Assembly: GCF_036971445.1 (NCBI RefSeq)
Contig: NC_091469.1
Coordinates: 29,760,001-29,824,000 of the forward strand
Length of the DNA: 64,000 bases
Origin: Narcine bancroftii
Taxonomy: Eukaryota
Direction: 5' to 3'
Part shown: positions 61,388 to 64,000 of the stretch, one piece after another
Layout of the letters: each line of letters begins with the position of its first letter
Numbering within the stretch: the first letter of the stretch is position 1
Program-made: the position numbers and the translations under genes
Notes under the pieces: generated by a model
Database searches by the model: none
What the model saw: the letters and a program-made list of their open reading frames with translations, nothing else
Told to the model about the DNA's origin: nothing

Positions 61388-62475
61388 TGACTGTAAGGAT
61401 TCCATTCCATTCTCTCAATTCCTCCGTCTCCGTCACACCTGCAGTCAGGATGAGGATTTCCATGCCAGAACATCAGAGATGATCTCCTTCTTCAAGCAAC
61501 ATAGCTTTCCCTCTACCACCATCAACTTGGTACTCACCGGCATATCCTCCATTACACGCACATCTGCCATGGCCTCCTCCACCCCTCACGCAACAAGGAC
61601 AGGATTTCTCTTGTCCTCTCATACCACCCCACCAGCCTCTGCATCCAACACATCCTCCTCCTTCATTTCCGCCATCTATTATGTGATCCCACCACTAGAC
61701 ACATAATCCCCTCTCCTCCCTCTCTGCCTTATGCAGGGTCAGCTCCCTCCATGACTCCCTTGTCTACTCCTCCCTCCCTACCAATTGTCCCCCTGGAGAT
61801 GTTCCACTTGCGCCTACACCTCCTCCCTCACCACCATTCTGGGCCCCAAACAGTCCTTCCAAGTGATGCATTATTTCACTTGTGTATCTGCAGGGGTCAT
61901 CTACTGCATCCGGTGCTCCAGTGTGTGGTCAATTCTATATCGGAGAGACTGGAGCCAGTCTGGGAGATCGCTTTGTTGAGAACCTCAGCTCTGTCCTCCA
62001 CAATAGCATAGATCTCCCAGTAGCCACACATTTCAATTCTCCATCCCATTCCCTTGCTGACATACATGTCCATTGACTCATGTACTGCCAGACAGACCAT
62101 CCGTAAATTGGAGGAATAACACCTCATCTTCCAACTGGACACCCTCAAACCGAATGGTATTAATATCGACTTCTATGGATTTCATGAAAACTGCAAACCC
62201 CCCCCCCCACCTTCCTTGTTGTCTCCTTCCTGTCTCCTTTCACACAGGCTTGATAAATTCTTCCTAGTCCTTCATCACATCCAATTAATACCTTTAGTTG
62301 GTCTCCAATTCCTCCCCCATTGTTTGAATTCTGAGACTTTCTGCTATATCCTTGTTCTGCCTTTTCTGATTTTTCCTTGAAGAAGGGCTCAGGCCCGAAA
62401 CATTAGCAATATATCTTTGTCTCCTATAGATGGTGAAAAGACCAGCTGAGTTCCTCCAGCATTTCGGAGTTTTTA
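61388..62475 (+). mobile_element. Penelope-like element, right arm (inverted copy) with GIY-YIG endonuclease
   Basis: KDSIPFSQFLRLRHTCS, VIYCIRCS, YIGETG..LGDRF, VATHFN; reverse complement of about 59910-61010. Confidence 0.88.
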
Positions 62476-63480
62476 CATCATTTGAGTCACCAGCTCTGAA
62501 ACCTACTGGTTAATTTCAATGTTTATGATGGGTGTCGCTGAGGAAGAGACTGTGAATTGGGTGGCAGTTTAACTACAAGCCGGAGGACTCCTTTTGCTAT
62601 CTCAGGTCCAGTAGATGCCAGGAATCGTGGCCTTAGATGGCGACTTGGCATTAGGCCACAGCAGCCTCTTCAGACCAGGTCAATCTGAGCTAGAGGACAT
62701 TTTAAGATCTAGAGGTCTAATTGATACTGCAACCTGTCTCACTGTGCCCACTGCCTAGTCTCTAACAAGTGTATTGTAACACTTGTTAAAAATATATTTT
62801 AAGTAACTTGTGAAATTGTAGTTTGTAAGTGTAAGAGAACTAGTCTAATTTATGATGTTTAATTCCTGTGAAGATATAGTGGTGGCTGTGGTTTCAAGAT
62901 GGCAGCATGGCAGTCGCTCGCATGGATATGGTGTTACTGCACCTTGCTGTGTTGTTGTCCTGTATGTTCTTTATGTTATACTGGGCCCATGGTTTTAAAG
63001 TGACAAATAAAGGCTGCTTGAACTTGAACTGATCTCTCAAGGGCTGCTTAAATGTGAAAATAATATGAAAAATCTTAGATTCTTAGCAATAATTTTGAAG
63101 CTAAAAATAAAAAGCACACATTTAAAACAAGTAAATCTTTCAAACTAACAATGAAACCTCCCAAATAGTAATCTTTCCCTCTCCTTGTCCCAGGAATTGA
63201 TTTTTCTCAGTGATTTCAACAAGCTCACAGTATGTTGCCAGGGTGCCCTGGGATGGGATCAGCCACCAGATTTCCAAGGTTTGCACTGCCCCATTGGATT
63301 CCATCTCATGAAAGATTTGTCCCTTTCTGTTTCTTATCAATCTTGTGATTCTAAACCTATACAATTTATCCCAAAAACTCTGCATGTGTACTGAGGCCCT
63401 GTTGAGCATCACTGAGCAATGCTTTACTACCAACGCTTCACAAATTAGTCTTTGGATCCCCAGTCACATCTCCTTTCTAA

Positions 63481-63558
63481 GTAATCTAGTCATTTTATAT
63501 ACAGAGTAATCTACATCATTTTATATACAGAGTAATCTATATCATTTTATATACAGAG
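63481..63558 (+). repeat. Approximately 26-bp tandem repeat, 3 copies
   Basis: gtaatcta(g/ca/ta)tcattttatatacaga repeated three times. Confidence 0.9.
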
Positions 63559-64000
63559 CTCCTGGAAATACTGGTTGAAGCATCAACAATTTTCTTTCTC
63601 CCCTTTAAGATTCAATGACACATTCTTTCTGACGTTTATTCAAGATCATTCAATTCTCAAATAACTGCCTCATTTCCTGTGATATCCAGGAATAAAACAA
63701 TGCTGCTTTGCCCAAAATCAGTGACTAAATACTTCAAGCTTTAAAGCTTGAGAGAATATCATTGTGAATTGATGGAGAGACTTGATGTGTGGGAGAGGGT
63801 GAGATATTTCTGGACTGCTGTCTGCACCCATCAAATGGGGAAGAAATACTGGAGGAGGCTTGGGAACAGCTTGATTCCTTGCTCTGGAATTATCTGCGAA
63901 GAAAATATAATTAAAAGCTATTGAGATTTTCGTGCTGTCTGGCACATGAATGGGAGACCACAGCCTGTGACCATTGACTAATGATTTTTAAAAGCCCTAA

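Overview
Eukaryotic, repeat-rich, essentially non-coding genomic DNA. The repeat landscape (V-SINE/HE1-like and Deu-type SINEs, CR1, Rex1/Babar, Penelope, L1) suggests a cartilaginous fish, probably a ray or skate; this is inference. No host protein-coding gene could be named. A CpG island at about 20.0-20.45 kb looks like a promoter with a non-coding first exon on the minus strand, and there is one clean orphan exon at 47655-47740 (-). The only intact coding unit is a full-length 6.0-kb L1 retrotransposon (51190-57202, -) with ORF1, ORF2 and a perfect 15-bp target-site duplication (TSD). Also present are two decayed CsRn1-type Gypsy elements (one complete with both LTRs and a 4-bp TSD), a third Gypsy fragment, an inverted Penelope pair with hammerhead-like motifs, PIF/Harbinger-like MITEs, RTE/Rex1/CR1 fragments and a 5S-derived SINE. 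The most unusual observations are: (i) two copies of one MITE family have each expanded a different GC-rich minisatellite from an arm of an internal hairpin; (ii) the third Gypsy lacks a tRNA PBS and instead has 13 nt complementary to its own LTR, suggesting self-priming or polyA-signal masking; (iii) the L1 has a 600-bp inter-ORF spacer whose uORF ends inside the ORF2 start, plus a possible antisense promoter and splice donor. None of these was checked against databases, so novelty is unproven.
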